A DNA stretch of 64,000 bases from Bdellovibrionales bacterium (GCA_043739185.1 JAYUEN010000332.1:64001-128000), one strand, 5' to 3'. Shown: positions 8,868 to 20,201, counted from the first letter of the stretch. Program-made: numbers and translations. The notes: generated by a model not told the origin, from the sequence alone.

Positions 8868-9877
8868 TTTATGGCTTGCCGAACATAGGCCGAAAATGTA
8901 TCCATTAGCCAAACTACAAATGCTACGACGATAATAATGCAACCGACTTGAGACCAGTGAGCCTGACCTTGAGCTTCGAGTAAGGTGGCGCCAATTCCGC
9001 CGCCACCCACGAAGCCAATGATAGTTGCCATGCGTACATTGATGTCCCAACGATAAATTGTGAATGAAATGAAGGGCAAAATGAGTTGCGGTACAATCGC
9101 AAACCAAATGACTTGAATTCGTGTGGCCCCAGTCGATGTGATGGCGTCAATGGGTCCTTCTTCTACACTTTCAATCATTTCTGAAAATTGCTTTGCTAAA
9201 CTTGCAAGCGAATGCACAAAGAGCGCAAGCATTCCGGCATAAGGGCCAAAACCCACCCAAACCGAAAAGACAATGGCCCAAAGAACTGGCTCTACTGACC
9301 TAATGACATTAAAAAGAAGCCTCAGCAAAAAATAAATTAATTTGCTCAGCGCATTTTCACTCATCAAATTTTTGGCGCTAAAAAAACTCAATACAAACGC
9401 GAATGGAAACGCCAAGGTCGTGGCCATAAACGCAATAAAAATTGTTTCAACCAATTTCAAAATGGCCTGAGGTAAAATCTGCCAGTCGGGCCGAGCCATT
9501 TGAGAAAAAAGATTCATCGCGTGTTCAAATGAGTCCTTTTCTAAAATCTGTGTCCAACTCATTTTGGTTGCAAAATAAGAAAGACTTAAGGTGACCAAGA
9601 AAAGGCTAAGCGCTTGATACTTCCAAAAATTAAGAAAGCGTTTGCAGAGAAGATCATGGCTGAAAATAATCAGGCCAAGAGTTTGAATTTTAAGCGCAAT
9701 AAGTAAAAAACTCACTAGGGCACCAATAACAAAGCTTCCTAAAAAGTATTTTAAATTGCGCAGTAACTGCAGCAACTCGTTATCAATAGGCATAAGGATC
9801 GTGAGTGCCACAACGAAAAGCAGATAAGCCAAGCTGAAAGAATCAAAAATATAGGAAATGAAGAGGCGTCGATTCAT
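8864..9877 (-). CDS. phnE: Phosphonate/phosphite-type ABC transporter permease
   Basis: ETIFIA, RSVEP, EAA-like loop and YRWDINVR...IIGFVGGGGIG motif. Confidence 0.85.
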   Translation of the reverse strand: MNRRLFISYIFDSFSLAYLLFVVALTILMPIDNELLQLLRNLKYFLGSFVIGALVSFLLIALKIQTLGLIIFSHDLLCKRFLNFWKYQALSLFLVTLSLSYFATKMSWTQILEKDSFEHAMNLFSQMARPDWQILPQAILKLVETIFIAFMATTLAFPFAFVLSFFSAKNLMSENALSKLIYFLLRLLFNVIRSVEPVLWAIVFSVWVGFGPYAGMLALFVHSLASLAKQFSEMIESVEEGPIDAITSTGATRIQVIWFAIVPQLILPFISFTIYRWDINVRMATIIGFVGGGGIGATLLEAQGQAHWSQVGCIIIVVAFVVWLMDTFSAYVRQAIK

Positions 9878-10644
9878 TTGATGTCCACGCCTGCCGAATT
9901 TTCACCATATATTTCTTGAAACACCTGATCGGTAATTTGCGAAGGTGGAGCGTTGAAAACGATTCGACCTGCTTTCAGCGCAATCACTCTGGTCGCATAC
10001 TCACGCACAAGACTCAAATAATGAAGATTACAAATAATGGTCACACCCAATTCTTGATTTACGAATTTCAAATATTTCATAACCGTATTGGCCGTACTAG
10101 GATCTAAGCTAGCAACAGGCTCATCTGCTAATAAAATCTCAGGCTTTTGCATCAAGGCGCGAGCGATAGCGACGCGCTGTTGTTGCCCACCAGAGAGATG
10201 AGCGGCCCGCACATTTATCTTTTCTTCAATTCCTACCAAGCGTAGATATTCTTCAGCTTGTTCAATGTGGAGTTTTGAAAATGATCCCAAAATGCTATCG
10301 AGGCCTGAAGTTTCGGAAAGAGCTCCCATAAGCGTATTGCTTAGTACCGTGTGACGTGAAATGAGATTGAATCCTTGAAATATCATTGCAATTTTCTTAC
10401 GTAATTTAAGAAGGGCCTGACCCTGGGCTTGAACTAAATTTTGATTTTGAAAAATAATCTCGCCACTGGTCGGCCTTACAATTTGGTTCACACATTTAAG
10501 AAGCGAAGATTTACCACTGCCGCTCAAACCAATGACCACCAGAAATTCGCCGGCATTCAGCTCAAAACTCACGTCATCTAGTGCCATGATTCGGTTTGGG
10601 TAGGTCTTTGATAATTTTCGAACGCTTAAAATATTTTGCGCCAT
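9874..10644 (-). CDS. phnC: Phosphonate-type ABC transporter ATP-binding protein
   Basis: GLSGSGKS, LSGGQQQRVAIARAL, DEPVASLDP. Confidence 0.9.
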   Translation of the reverse strand: MAQNILSVRKLSKTYPNRIMALDDVSFELNAGEFLVVIGLSGSGKSSLLKCVNQIVRPTSGEIIFQNQNLVQAQGQALLKLRKKIAMIFQGFNLISRHTVLSNTLMGALSETSGLDSILGSFSKLHIEQAEEYLRLVGIEEKINVRAAHLSGGQQQRVAIARALMQKPEILLADEPVASLDPSTANTVMKYLKFVNQELGVTIICNLHYLSLVREYATRVIALKAGRIVFNAPPSQITDQVFQEIYGENSAGVDIK

Positions 10645-10647
10645 TTT

Positions 10648-11556
10648 TTAACGATCTCTATGGAGATCCAAACCTTGCTCAACCGCCATAATCTGAAGCT
10701 TATCAAAATCCGAATCTTTACCATCTTTGAAATCAGTCACCAGTAGATTTTTCATTTTCACTTTCCCTTCTGGAGTCGCGAGATAAGCCTTGAAAGCGGA
10801 TGCGATTTTAACCTTCATTTCCTCAGGTAAATCCTTGCGAAAGGCAACCGGATCATTTGGAATTTCTTCGGTCAAAGCTAAAATTTTAATTTTCTTTTCA
10901 ACATCGGGATATTGAGCCCGAACTAAAATCCTGGCATCTTGAATTTCATGATCTACAGGTGGAGAATAAAACACCGCGCCAGCATCGACTCTTCCCTGAT
11001 ATACCATTGACACCACAGCATCGTGCTTTTGCGCAAAGACGCTTTCGCCGAGCTTTATGCCCGCATTCTTAAACATTTTTGAAGGCACAATATAGCCCGA
11101 CATTGAGGACGGATCGACAAACGCAAATCTTTTCCCGTTGAGATCTTTTATTGATTTTATAGCTTCACGATCAGACCGAACGATTATTTCCGCTTGGTAG
11201 GTTGATTGTCCATATCGTACGACAATGAGCCGGGCTTCCGCTCCAAATTTACTGTGCGCTAGCAGGTAGCCAAAAGTATTTATAACTGCCAAATCGACAC
11301 GTTTTGAGCCAAAGGCTTCAACAACGGCAATATAGTTTTGCGGGATACTGATTTCAAAATGATAGCCCGTAGTCTTTTCTAAAAAAACTTTGAAGTCTCG
11401 AGAGTTTTCATCTAGGACCTTGGCGTCTACAAAGGGCGTAAAAAGCAACTTAACCGGATTGCCAACCGATCCTAATTCTGGCTTTTTGAAGGTGCAGCTC
11501 ACAGAGCTCAATATGGCAAAAAGTGTAATCAATATTCCTAGTTTAGGTATTGGCAT
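10648..11556 (-). CDS. phnD: Phosphate/phosphite/phosphonate ABC substrate-binding lipoprotein
   Basis: Lipobox-like SVSC; FVDPSSMSGY and HD motifs; first gene of the operon. Confidence 0.85.
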   Translation of the reverse strand: MPIPKLGILITLFAILSSVSCTFKKPELGSVGNPVKLLFTPFVDAKVLDENSRDFKVFLEKTTGYHFEISIPQNYIAVVEAFGSKRVDLAVINTFGYLLAHSKFGAEARLIVVRYGQSTYQAEIIVRSDREAIKSIKDLNGKRFAFVDPSSMSGYIVPSKMFKNAGIKLGESVFAQKHDAVVSMVYQGRVDAGAVFYSPPVDHEIQDARILVRAQYPDVEKKIKILALTEEIPNDPVAFRKDLPEEMKVKIASAFKAYLATPEGKVKMKNLLVTDFKDGKDSDFDKLQIMAVEQGLDLHRDR

Positions 11557-11616
11557 GCGTTTAAGTTAAATGATTTGGTCATTGAGTCAACAGACTATTT
11601 TTGTTAATACTCCAGC

Positions 11617-12357
11617 ATGAAAAATCTCTCTACAAAAATTTCAATTTTAGATCAGATTCTCGAGCGCATTAAGGCCCATGACCAACCGGAGAGAGAATTT
11701 TTATGTATCTTTGATCTTGATTCAACTCTCTATGACTTAACCGATCGCAAACAACAAATTCTCTTGAGCTTTTTAAATGTCCCTGAAAATCTTGCAAAAT
11801 ATGCATCCGAATGCGCCCAGCTAAGCTCAGTAAAAGTATTGAAAAACGAATTTGGAATTGACGAGGCCCTTGCCCGCGTTGATTTAAGTGCACACACTCA
11901 TCCGGAGTTTTACAAGGAAGTCCATACTTATTGGGAGTTCTATTTTTTTCATAACGATTTTATGAAGTTTGATACCAGCTTTCCAGGCGCAGTTGAATAC
12001 GTGCGCAAAGTAGACGAGCTTGGAGCTAAAATCATTTATCTCACCGGACGAGACGAACCCAGGATGATGAGCGGAACGCTTCAAAGCCTTAAAACCTGCG
12101 GCTTTCCGCTCGAGAAAGAAAATATTGAAGTTTGTTTGAAGCCGCATTCCCAAATTTCAGATCATAATTTCAAACTCGATTTTATGAAGGATTTAGAAAC
12201 TAAGTTTAATGAAATTTGGCTTTTCGAAAATGAGCCTGTCAATATCAATCTGATTGAAAAACATTGTCCAAAAATCAATTTTGTTTTTATCGATTCAAAT
12301 CATTCAGGGCGAGAAAAAGTTGGCCTTCATCATTTTTCAATCAAAGATTTTAAATGA
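11617..12357 (+). CDS. HAD-superfamily hydrolase
   Basis: FDLDST motif I, YLTGR motif II, Lys motif III; motif IV reads FENE. Confidence 0.8.
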   Translation: MKNLSTKISILDQILERIKAHDQPEREFLCIFDLDSTLYDLTDRKQQILLSFLNVPENLAKYASECAQLSSVKVLKNEFGIDEALARVDLSAHTHPEFYKEVHTYWEFYFFHNDFMKFDTSFPGAVEYVRKVDELGAKIIYLTGRDEPRMMSGTLQSLKTCGFPLEKENIEVCLKPHSQISDHNFKLDFMKDLETKFNEIWLFENEPVNINLIEKHCPKINFVFIDSNHSGREKVGLHHFSIKDFK

Positions 12358-12917
12358 GGATAGGCTAACATCATCGAAGCAAGCACAATCGAATGTCTGA
12401 TTTTGCCAGAAAATACCTGTTCATAGGCCTCTTTTACAGGAATCTCAAGGACTCGAATATCTTCAAAAGCATCTAATTTTTGACTCGTCACTTTCTCGCA
12501 ATTGAGAGCTAGGTAGCTGTGCATCCAATTGTTTTGCATGGCGGGATTCGGGCGGTGCCTCCCCAAATAAATGATTTGCTGGGGCTTATAGCCAGTTTCT
12601 TCAAGAAGTTCGCGCTCGGCAGCGGCTTGATAGTCTTCTTTATCCCCAGGATCCGAAGAGCCACCGGGAATCTCAAGTTCAATCTCTTTGCAGGCATGAC
12701 GGTATTGTTCGACTAAAATCACTTCATCTTTGGTATTTAAGGCCATAACATTGACCCAATCCCTAAAACTTAAGACATAGTAATTGGGTGTGACTCTACC
12801 ATCAGGAAGCTCGCAACGATCTGTCCTAAGATTGAAAAAGCCAGCGCGAAAGAGCTCTTTGGATTCAAGGACCTTCCAAGGTAAAACGATTGAATTCTTT
12901 TTCAATTTGGACCTCAC
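12330..12917 (-). CDS. NUDIX hydrolase (ADP-ribose pyrophosphatase-like)
   Basis: QYRH and EIPGG...AAERELLEETGY Nudix box. Confidence 0.9.
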   Translation of the reverse strand: MRSKLKKNSIVLPWKVLESKELFRAGFFNLRTDRCELPDGRVTPNYYVLSFRDWVNVMALNTKDEVILVEQYRHACKEIELEIPGGSSDPGDKEDYQAAAERELLEETGYKPQQIIYLGRHRPNPAMQNNWMHSYLALNCEKVTSQKLDAFEDIRVLEIPVKEAYEQVFSGKIRHSIVLASMMLAYPHLKSLIEK

Positions 12918-12954
12918 TTTGACATGCTTCTCAATCTAGGCTACACGAATTGCC

Positions 12955-13908
12955 ATGAACGAAGAAGCTGAAATCAATTCATTTTTACCTGGCCTGAGCG
13001 CGCTCATGCAGGACAGTCTTTTGCGACGTGGTAATAAGTTGAACTTGCAGGGCGAAATTGCAAAAACACCACAGGCGCCACCCAACTGGAATGAAATGTC
13101 CCTGGACAAGCTCACTTTAAAACTCAAACGCTGCGCGGGACAAGCAATTGCAGACTTTGATCTGATTTCAGACGGAGATCGCATTTTAGTGGCCATTTCG
13201 GGTGGTAAAGATTCTTGGGCTCTGCTCGATATTTTGAATCAAATGCAAAAGCGTGCGCCCGTTGATTATAAAATTATTGCCGTGAATATTGACCAAGGCT
13301 ATTCAGGATTTCGACAAGATATTGTCGAAGATTATGTGCGAGAACACAAATTCGAATATCATATGGAGTTTTTTGATATCGCCAGCATCATCGAAGAAAA
13401 GACCAAGCCTGGTGATACTCCATGCTCATTGTGTGCCCGCTTGAGACGTGGCTCACTTTATGGATTGGCTGAAAAATACGCCTGCAACAAGATTGCACTT
13501 GGTCACCACCAAGATGACTTCATTGAGACCTTGCTGCTCAATAGTTTTTTTGTCGGCAGACTTGCGAGCATGGCCCCTAAATTGGTTTCAGATGATGGTA
13601 AAAACATTGTCATTCGCCCCTTGGTTTATGCTTCTGAATCCCTAATCAAGTCTTATGTAACAAAGAAAAACTTTCCGGTAATATGTTGCCAATGCCCCAT
13701 TATGTGCGGCGAAACGGTTCACGGAGACTACAAACGCCGTATGATTAAAAAGCTCGTCGACCAACTCGAGACCGTCATTCCTCATATTCGAGACAGTTTG
13801 CTTGCAAGTCTCGGCAATATTCAACCATCCCATTTACTTGATACAAGCTTATGGGATTTTAAAAAGGACCTGCCTCAGCTTGAAAATTCGACTGAGTCTT
13901 GTTCATGA
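12955..13908 (+). CDS. ttcA: tRNA 2-thiocytidine(32) synthetase
   Basis: SGGKDS PP-loop, CSLCARLRRG, GHHQDD, IRPL and a second Cys cluster. Confidence 0.9.
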   Translation: MNEEAEINSFLPGLSALMQDSLLRRGNKLNLQGEIAKTPQAPPNWNEMSLDKLTLKLKRCAGQAIADFDLISDGDRILVAISGGKDSWALLDILNQMQKRAPVDYKIIAVNIDQGYSGFRQDIVEDYVREHKFEYHMEFFDIASIIEEKTKPGDTPCSLCARLRRGSLYGLAEKYACNKIALGHHQDDFIETLLLNSFFVGRLASMAPKLVSDDGKNIVIRPLVYASESLIKSYVTKKNFPVICCQCPIMCGETVHGDYKRRMIKKLVDQLETVIPHIRDSLLASLGNIQPSHLLDTSLWDFKKDLPQLENSTESCS

Positions 13909-14558
13909 GTCTTTCAGTCATTGCGACGCCAATAGGAAATCCAAAGGACATTAGCCTGCGAGCCATTGAATGCCTCACCAATGCTGAAGTCGTCATTGGA
14001 GAGGAATTCAAAGAAGTCAGTAAGCTTTTAAAAAGTTTAGATATTAAGGGCAAAGCACTTGAAGTATTAAATGAGCATTCAACACCTGAAGATGTTCAAG
14101 CGCTTTTAAAGATTTGCCTCGAAAAAAATGTGGCTTTGGTTTCAGATTGCGGCACGCCTGGATTTTGTGATCCGGGGGCCTCTCTTATTCAGCTCTGTCG
14201 CAAACATAAGCTAGAAGTTCGAACTTTGCCGGGAGCTTCAAGTTTGATGGGGCTTTTGTCTTTGAGCGGAGAACGCATCAATCAATTTGTCTTTCGAGGC
14301 TTTTTACCAGCAGAAAATGAAGCGCGCGCTGCCGAAATTAAAAAACTAAAAACTGAAACTCGCCCTCTGGTATTAATGGATACGCCCTATCGTCTGAAAA
14401 AACTTTTATCGGAACTCAGTGAAGCCATGCCCCAGCGCCGAGCTTTACTTGCCTGTGACCTTACGCAAGAAACCGAAGTCGTGATTGAGTGTCTAGTAAA
14501 AGATTTAAGTTCAAAACTCGTCAAAGAAAAGGCCGAGTTTATGTTGCTTTTGTTCTAA
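13905..14558 (+). CDS. rsmI: 16S rRNA C1402 2'-O-methyltransferase (RsmI-like)
   Basis: ATPIGN.DIS.RA, VSDxGTPxxxDPG and PGAS motifs. Confidence 0.8.
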   Translation: MSLSVIATPIGNPKDISLRAIECLTNAEVVIGEEFKEVSKLLKSLDIKGKALEVLNEHSTPEDVQALLKICLEKNVALVSDCGTPGFCDPGASLIQLCRKHKLEVRTLPGASSLMGLLSLSGERINQFVFRGFLPAENEARAAEIKKLKTETRPLVLMDTPYRLKKLLSELSEAMPQRRALLACDLTQETEVVIECLVKDLSSKLVKEKAEFMLLLF

Positions 14559-15058
14559 TGGCTGCTGCCGATCAGGGATGCGGGTACTCGAACGGTATCT
14601 GATTTTTCAATAGATTTAACAACGACGGCGTTGGCTCCAACTCGGCAATCATCACCGAGAGTAATTGGCCCGAGAATTTTAGCGCCCGCGCCAATGAGAA
14701 CTCGATTCCCAACTGTCGGATGACGTTTGATATCGTCAAATTTGACGCCACCCAAAGTGACACCATGAAAAATAATGCAGTCGTTGCCGATCACAGCAGT
14801 TTCGCCGATAACGACGCCGACGCCATGATCTATTACCAAGCGTTTTCCTATTTTTGCCCCCGGATGAATTTCAATGCCGGTTAAAAAGCGCGAGAATTCA
14901 CAAAAAAAGCGCGCTAAAAAAAACAGCTTATACCTATAAAATCGATGCGCAATACGGTGAAACAATATGGCTTTAGGCCCCGGATAAAGAAGGGCAATCT
15001 CAATAAGACTTTTTGCCGCCGGATCATATTTCTTATATGCTTTTAAAAAATCAAACAT
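14555..15058 (-). CDS. cysE: Serine O-acetyltransferase (short form)
   Basis: [25 protein letters not shown] and KRHPT motifs. Confidence 0.9.
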   Translation of the reverse strand: MFDFLKAYKKYDPAAKSLIEIALLYPGPKAILFHRIAHRFYRYKLFFLARFFCEFSRFLTGIEIHPGAKIGKRLVIDHGVGVVIGETAVIGNDCIIFHGVTLGGVKFDDIKRHPTVGNRVLIGAGAKILGPITLGDDCRVGANAVVVKSIEKSDTVRVPASLIGSSH

Positions 15059-15060
15059 GA

Positions 15061-16071
15061 TCAGGCTTTCAAGTAAAAATATCGTTCGAAGATTTGATTG
15101 AAGCGGCTCCACTTATCGGAAGTATGCGATTCATTTTTCATAAATTGGGTGATGGTATTCATTTTACTATCAAAGTCATCGATTGCAGCAACGATAAATG
15201 CCTCTAAAAACATGGGCAGTTTGGGTGAGCCAAATTCAATTTTTCCGTGATGAGATAAAATAATATGCTTGAGTAGATCCTTTAGTTCTTCAGGAAATCC
15301 CATGATTTTTGAGGCTTTTTTCTCGACCAATTCAACGGCCATAATCATGTGGCCCAAGAGTTGACCCTTGTCAGTATAAGAAATTCCTTGGCCGACTTCG
15401 AGCTCCCAAATTTTACCAAGATCGTGGAAAATTGCTCCAAAAATTAAATAATCTACTTTGACCTGGGGATAGTGTTTAGCAATGAAAACACACAAACCAC
15501 AAATCGAAACAATGTGCTCAAGCAATCCGCCCAAATAAGCATGATGAATGGTTTTGGCGGCAGGCGCTCGCAAAAGCTTTGATCGAATATCCAGATCGTT
15601 CAAGGTATCAAAAATTAAAACGCGGATATTACGATCTGAAACGCCTTCAACAATTTGCAGGAGCTGCTGATACATTTCTTCGGGTGAGCGCTCGGACTGA
15701 TTGAGAAAATCATTTACCTCGTACTCTCCGGCTTGAGCTTTTTCGAGTTTATGAATGACGATCTGTTTGCGGTTTTGAAAAACCTGCATCAGGCCCTTGA
15801 TCTTTACCATATCTCCATTTTGAAAACTATTTGATATCGCCTCAATATTGTCCCAAACCCTGGCCTCAATATCTCCGGTCTTATCGGCTAAGGTCAGAAT
15901 CATATAGTTCTTGCCATTTTTGCCAGTTAAAATTGATCTCTCGCGGGCTAAAAAAACCGACTGAAAAGCTTCTTTCTCAGTTAAATCCTTAACAAATACC
16001 TTATTCGACTTTGTATGGGGAGCAGGCTCTAATTTTGAGGCGTCGATAACTGGAGATCCTTCTGATTGCAT
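15061..16071 (-). CDS. yhaM: OB-fold plus HD-domain 3'-5' exoribonuclease (YhaM/CBF1 family)
   Basis: DKTG.I.A..W OB fold; PAA..HHA..GGLLEH, HDLGK and SHHG motifs. Confidence 0.85.
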   Translation of the reverse strand: MQSEGSPVIDASKLEPAPHTKSNKVFVKDLTEKEAFQSVFLARERSILTGKNGKNYMILTLADKTGDIEARVWDNIEAISNSFQNGDMVKIKGLMQVFQNRKQIVIHKLEKAQAGEYEVNDFLNQSERSPEEMYQQLLQIVEGVSDRNIRVLIFDTLNDLDIRSKLLRAPAAKTIHHAYLGGLLEHIVSICGLCVFIAKHYPQVKVDYLIFGAIFHDLGKIWELEVGQGISYTDKGQLLGHMIMAVELVEKKASKIMGFPEELKDLLKHIILSHHGKIEFGSPKLPMFLEAFIVAAIDDFDSKMNTITQFMKNESHTSDKWSRFNQIFERYFYLKA

Positions 16072-16081
16072 TTGTTCTCCC

Positions 16082-16891
16082 TTAAAGAGATTCAACTTTA
16101 TTGAGCATCGGATGACATTGAAGCGAATTAAAACGTGAATCCTTAACGCTCAATTGGGAAATGTAAAGTGTTTTGTTGAGTTGTACGGCAAAAAAGAAAC
16201 TACCTGCGGTCGAAGTCACATCTAAGTGGTCGGTGGTATTGAGTAAGAGGCCATTTCCCTTCATACTTTTTTCAAAAAAACTGGTTATATCGTAATATTT
16301 ATTGCAGCCCGAGCCGACAATCTTTCCGCCCCATTTTCTGCGACGTGAATTGCTAAGATAAAAAACCCGAATGCTTTCTTTCGAAAAATCCTTTACTGCT
16401 GCTTCATTCGTTTCTTCAGTTTTGGTTTTTGCAAATTCGACTTTTAAATAGTAACTACCGCGTCGATTCTCAACAAAATCGGCAAGATCCAAAACTCCGC
16501 CACCGGCGCCATAGTAAAGCTGATGGTCGTGAGCTTGCAGAATCCCTTTATTGTCTGGTTTCTCACTTAAGCGCACGCTGATCGGTACATATTCTTTACT
16601 GACATCCTCTAAAAGCAAGCTGTCGTCGCTATCACCTTCGACCTTCACTTCGCCTTTTGACTCTCCCTTTTTTTCTTTTTTTGACTCTTCTTTTGCTTTT
16701 GAAGAAGTCACTTTGTAAACCGTTTCAATGCGATCCCAAAGTGATGTCGGCAATTCAATATCTATTGTGGCCCGACTCATATCATGTTCGACGAGCTTCA
16801 TTTCTTTATTGGAGTCCGATCGATGACAAGAGCTTAAAGGAGCTAAGCAAAATATGAGGAGAACAACTGCTTTATTTTTCGCCAAGCTCAT
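16082..16891 (-). CDS. Hypothetical lipoprotein
   Basis: Start MSLAKNK gives a signal peptide with lipobox LSSC; lies within the operon. Confidence 0.65.
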   Translation of the reverse strand: MSLAKNKAVVLLIFCLAPLSSCHRSDSNKEMKLVEHDMSRATIDIELPTSLWDRIETVYKVTSSKAKEESKKEKKGESKGEVKVEGDSDDSLLLEDVSKEYVPISVRLSEKPDNKGILQAHDHQLYYGAGGGVLDLADFVENRRGSYYLKVEFAKTKTEETNEAAVKDFSKESIRVFYLSNSRRRKWGGKIVGSGCNKYYDITSFFEKSMKGNGLLLNTTDHLDVTSTAGSFFFAVQLNKTLYISQLSVKDSRFNSLQCHPMLNKVESL

Positions 16892-18683
16892 ACTCCAGAC
16901 GAAGGGATGGCAAATAGTTTTGCAAATTTCGTTTGAGTTGATCGCGATACAGTTTAGCCGTACCAATACTACCTTCACGGCGGGAAACTTCTGCTAAGCC
17001 GACTGCCGCAATTGCGGGTGTAAAATCTTGCTTTCCGAGGTGTTGAAAATTTTCACGAACGCACAAGTCTTGTTTGTTTTTCATACAAATTCGGCCCATA
17101 AGTATTTTTGACAAAATATCGTTCTGATTCTTCTTTGCTATAGCGAGGGCGCCATGAGCCTCATCAACGCGACCAGAAGTCATTAATATAAAAGCCTTTA
17201 CATCTAACAATAGTGAATCACTTGGTGCCTGCGCCAAGGCTTCTTCGATCAAGCGAGGGCCTTCTTGCGCACGACCCGTTTTAACATGGCATAGAGCATT
17301 GAGTGCCTTCATATCCGATGAGTTGGGAAATTTTTTAGCCATTTCTTCACAGTAGGTGGTCAAATGAATCCAGCCCAGCTGACTATTCGAAAATAGTGGC
17401 CCTCTCAAAAACTCATCGGTAACAAACGGATCAGACTCTAAACATGCCCGGATATTTTCTTGAAATTGTACCTTCATATCTTCACGCGAATAAAGATAGG
17501 CGTTGAGCAGGATTGCTTCTTGCCTCAAATCATAAAAACGCTTTTCAAATTGACTGATTAATTCGTGAATATCTTGCACTGAAGACTTTTTAAGTAAAAC
17601 CGCGAGTACGACTTTGGTGCGAATGATCAAATAGGCTGCCGTTGCATTTTCTGGATCTTCAATTAGAACATTTGAAAAATCTAAAATAGAAGCCGAAAAA
17701 TCCTTCTGCAAAAAATGAACGATGCCCATATTGAAGAGCGCCGGCAAATATTTCGGATCAATTTTTAAAGCATCGCTGAATTGCTTGCTCGCTTCGGTAA
17801 AATCTTCGTCGACAATTGCAACCAGGCCTAAAATATTTTTTGCCTGCTTCACTTGATCTTCTGAATGTACAATTGCCAAGATTTCGCCGATCTTGCGTTT
17901 GACCTCTACTTTTTGCCCTTCAATGCTCAACAATAGTGGCGCCATTCCTATTACCACATCTGGATCATTGGGTTTGATGGCCGATGCTTCTTTATAATAT
18001 TTAAGTGAGTCCGCAAAGAATCCTTGCTTGTAATTTTTAACAGCTAAATCGAATGACCTCGCAAAATCGGGCCCGGAGGCAGATTGATTTGTTTTAGATT
18101 GGTTTTTATAAGAAATAATCACTGCTATGATGACAAATATGGTCGCAAAGATCCACGCCGCAGAGGAAGACTTTTTAATATTCTGTTGAATTTCAGGTGT
18201 CGCTGTCATGCCATACTGTTTTGTTAGAGCAGAAATCGGAGGCATATTAGACTTTGGCACTTCAATATCCACAAATTCAGCTTCTTTAATAAATGAGGAC
18301 TGAGCGCTCTCTTTTACCGGAACCTCAAGATCAATCGTCTTGCTCAGCTCACCAGTTAATGTAGCTGTGACCGTTGGTGTGCCGGTAAGTGTTGCCGTCG
18401 GATTGCTAAGCGTACCATGTTCGGTATCATCAATCTTAGACTGATTTTGCACTCGCATTCGCTCTACAATCACTGCAAAATAAGCTTCTTCACGAATATA
18501 TTTCCAACGACCTAGAGACTTTTTTACTTCATCAATTACGACAATTTCTCTTGAGAGTAGAAGCTTCTCAATGGCTTCCGCTGAATACGGGCCAAGAATA
18601 CGCTCTCCGCTCTTAACCAACCAGGTGACTTCATTTTTTGACGGCGCGATTTGGGCCAATTTATACTTCTCTCTCTCTCTCAA
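16872..18683 (-). CDS. Membrane-anchored TPR protein with an N-terminal GYF_2-like domain
   Basis: W.VK...ILGPYS N-terminus, one TM segment, multiple TPR motifs (ALKIDPKYLPALFNMG). Confidence 0.75.
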   Translation of the reverse strand: MREREKYKLAQIAPSKNEVTWLVKSGERILGPYSAEAIEKLLLSREIVVIDEVKKSLGRWKYIREEAYFAVIVERMRVQNQSKIDDTEHGTLSNPTATLTGTPTVTATLTGELSKTIDLEVPVKESAQSSFIKEAEFVDIEVPKSNMPPISALTKQYGMTATPEIQQNIKKSSSAAWIFATIFVIIAVIISYKNQSKTNQSASGPDFARSFDLAVKNYKQGFFADSLKYYKEASAIKPNDPDVVIGMAPLLLSIEGQKVEVKRKIGEILAIVHSEDQVKQAKNILGLVAIVDEDFTEASKQFSDALKIDPKYLPALFNMGIVHFLQKDFSASILDFSNVLIEDPENATAAYLIIRTKVVLAVLLKKSSVQDIHELISQFEKRFYDLRQEAILLNAYLYSREDMKVQFQENIRACLESDPFVTDEFLRGPLFSNSQLGWIHLTTYCEEMAKKFPNSSDMKALNALCHVKTGRAQEGPRLIEEALAQAPSDSLLLDVKAFILMTSGRVDEAHGALAIAKKNQNDILSKILMGRICMKNKQDLCVRENFQHLGKQDFTPAIAAVGLAEVSRREGSIGTAKLYRDQLKRNLQNYLPSLRLEYELGEK

Positions 18684-18686
18684 TTG

Positions 18687-20195
18687 CTAATGTCTAAAGT
18701 GACGCGTTCCTGTGATTACCAAATTAATTCCATTCTTTGCCGCTCCATCGAATACTTCTTGATCGCGAATGGAGCCTCCGGGTTGAATAACCCATTTAAT
18801 TCCAGCTTGCTTTATTAAATCCATCGAATCCGCAAAAGGAAAAAAGGCGTCGCTCGCAAGCACGGCCTGGGCCAAAAGTGTTGAATGATTTTTCTTGGCC
18901 CTTGCAATGGCGTGTTCAACGGCATCCACCCGATTGACCTGGCCCATTCCTAAACCCAAAGTTTGATTAGAGGCTGCAATCGCGATGGCATTGCTTTTGA
19001 GATGTGCACAAGCTTTCCAGGCTAAAATAAGATCTGATTTTTGCTGCGCATTTGGAGCTTCACCCAGAATTTTCCAGTTTGGGTTCCAATCTTCTACATG
19101 ATCTTGAGTTTGTACTAAAAAGCCTCCGCTAATACTGCGAATCTCAAGACTTTCTTCGCCAGCTTGATCCCACTCAAGTAATCTCAAATCTTTTTTCTTC
19201 ATCAATTTATCTAGGGCGGCTTTTGAAAACTTCGGCGCGACTATGCATTCAAGAAATAATTTACTCAAATAATCACTCGAAACCTCATCTATTTCGAAAT
19301 TGCTGACCACAATTCCGCCAAAAATACTCACTGGGTCCGCGGCAAGTGCCAATCGGGTGGCCTCACCAGAGTTCGAATGCACGGCAATCCCACAGGGGCT
19401 ATTGTGCTTTACCGCCACCATCACATTTTCAGAAAACTCTCTTGCAACTCGAGCCGCAGCTTCAATATCTAGTAAATTATTATAAGACAGAGCTTTGCCG
19501 TGAAGAATTTTTGCATTTTGAATTCCGTTTTGAGCTAAAGACTGATGATACCACCAAGCCTTTTGCTGAGGATTTTCGCCGTAACGAAGCTCTTGAGTTA
19601 ATTCTCCGGTGGAAATAAAGCTCTGCGTGGCCGTTGGATCAAGCGTTTGCGCAATCATGGCATCATAACTTGAAGTATGAAAAAAAACCTTCGCGGCTAA
19701 TTTCTTTTTATCTTCAAAATTCAACTCGCGCTTTTCAAGTATCCAAGCATAGTCTTTGGGATCACAAACAACAGCAATGCGGTCAAAGTTTTTACTTGCT
19801 GCTCTCAAGAGGGAGGGACCACCAATATCAATAAACTCAATCAATTCATCTTCAGGCAAATTTTTCTGAAGAGCTTCAGCAAATGGATAAAGATTTACGA
19901 TCACCAAATCAAAAGGCTCTAACTTATTCTTTTTCAGAAGCTCTACATCCTCAGGAACATTTAGTCTCGCAAGCAAAGGCATGTGAATTGATGGATGAAG
20001 TGTTCGAACTCGTCCATCCATTACTTCTGGAAATCCCGTCTGCTCAGAAACTTCAACGACTGGTATTTTATTTTCTCTAAGGTGTTTGGATGTACCACCA
20101 GTTGAGACTATTCGGCAGCCTTGAGCCACCAATGGCTTAAGAAATTCAACTAGGCCTGTTTTATCTGATGTACTGACTAAAGCATTTTTAAACAT
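18687..20195 (-). CDS. purH: Bifunctional AICAR transformylase / IMP cyclohydrolase
   Basis: STGGT, GRVRTLHP, LRYGENP, SDAFFPF, QPGGS and RHFRH motifs. Confidence 0.97.
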   Translation of the reverse strand: MFKNALVSTSDKTGLVEFLKPLVAQGCRIVSTGGTSKHLRENKIPVVEVSEQTGFPEVMDGRVRTLHPSIHMPLLARLNVPEDVELLKKNKLEPFDLVIVNLYPFAEALQKNLPEDELIEFIDIGGPSLLRAASKNFDRIAVVCDPKDYAWILEKRELNFEDKKKLAAKVFFHTSSYDAMIAQTLDPTATQSFISTGELTQELRYGENPQQKAWWYHQSLAQNGIQNAKILHGKALSYNNLLDIEAAARVAREFSENVMVAVKHNSPCGIAVHSNSGEATRLALAADPVSIFGGIVVSNFEIDEVSSDYLSKLFLECIVAPKFSKAALDKLMKKKDLRLLEWDQAGEESLEIRSISGGFLVQTQDHVEDWNPNWKILGEAPNAQQKSDLILAWKACAHLKSNAIAIAASNQTLGLGMGQVNRVDAVEHAIARAKKNHSTLLAQAVLASDAFFPFADSMDLIKQAGIKWVIQPGGSIRDQEVFDGAAKNGINLVITGTRHFRH

Positions 20196-20201
20196 TGGAT
20201 C

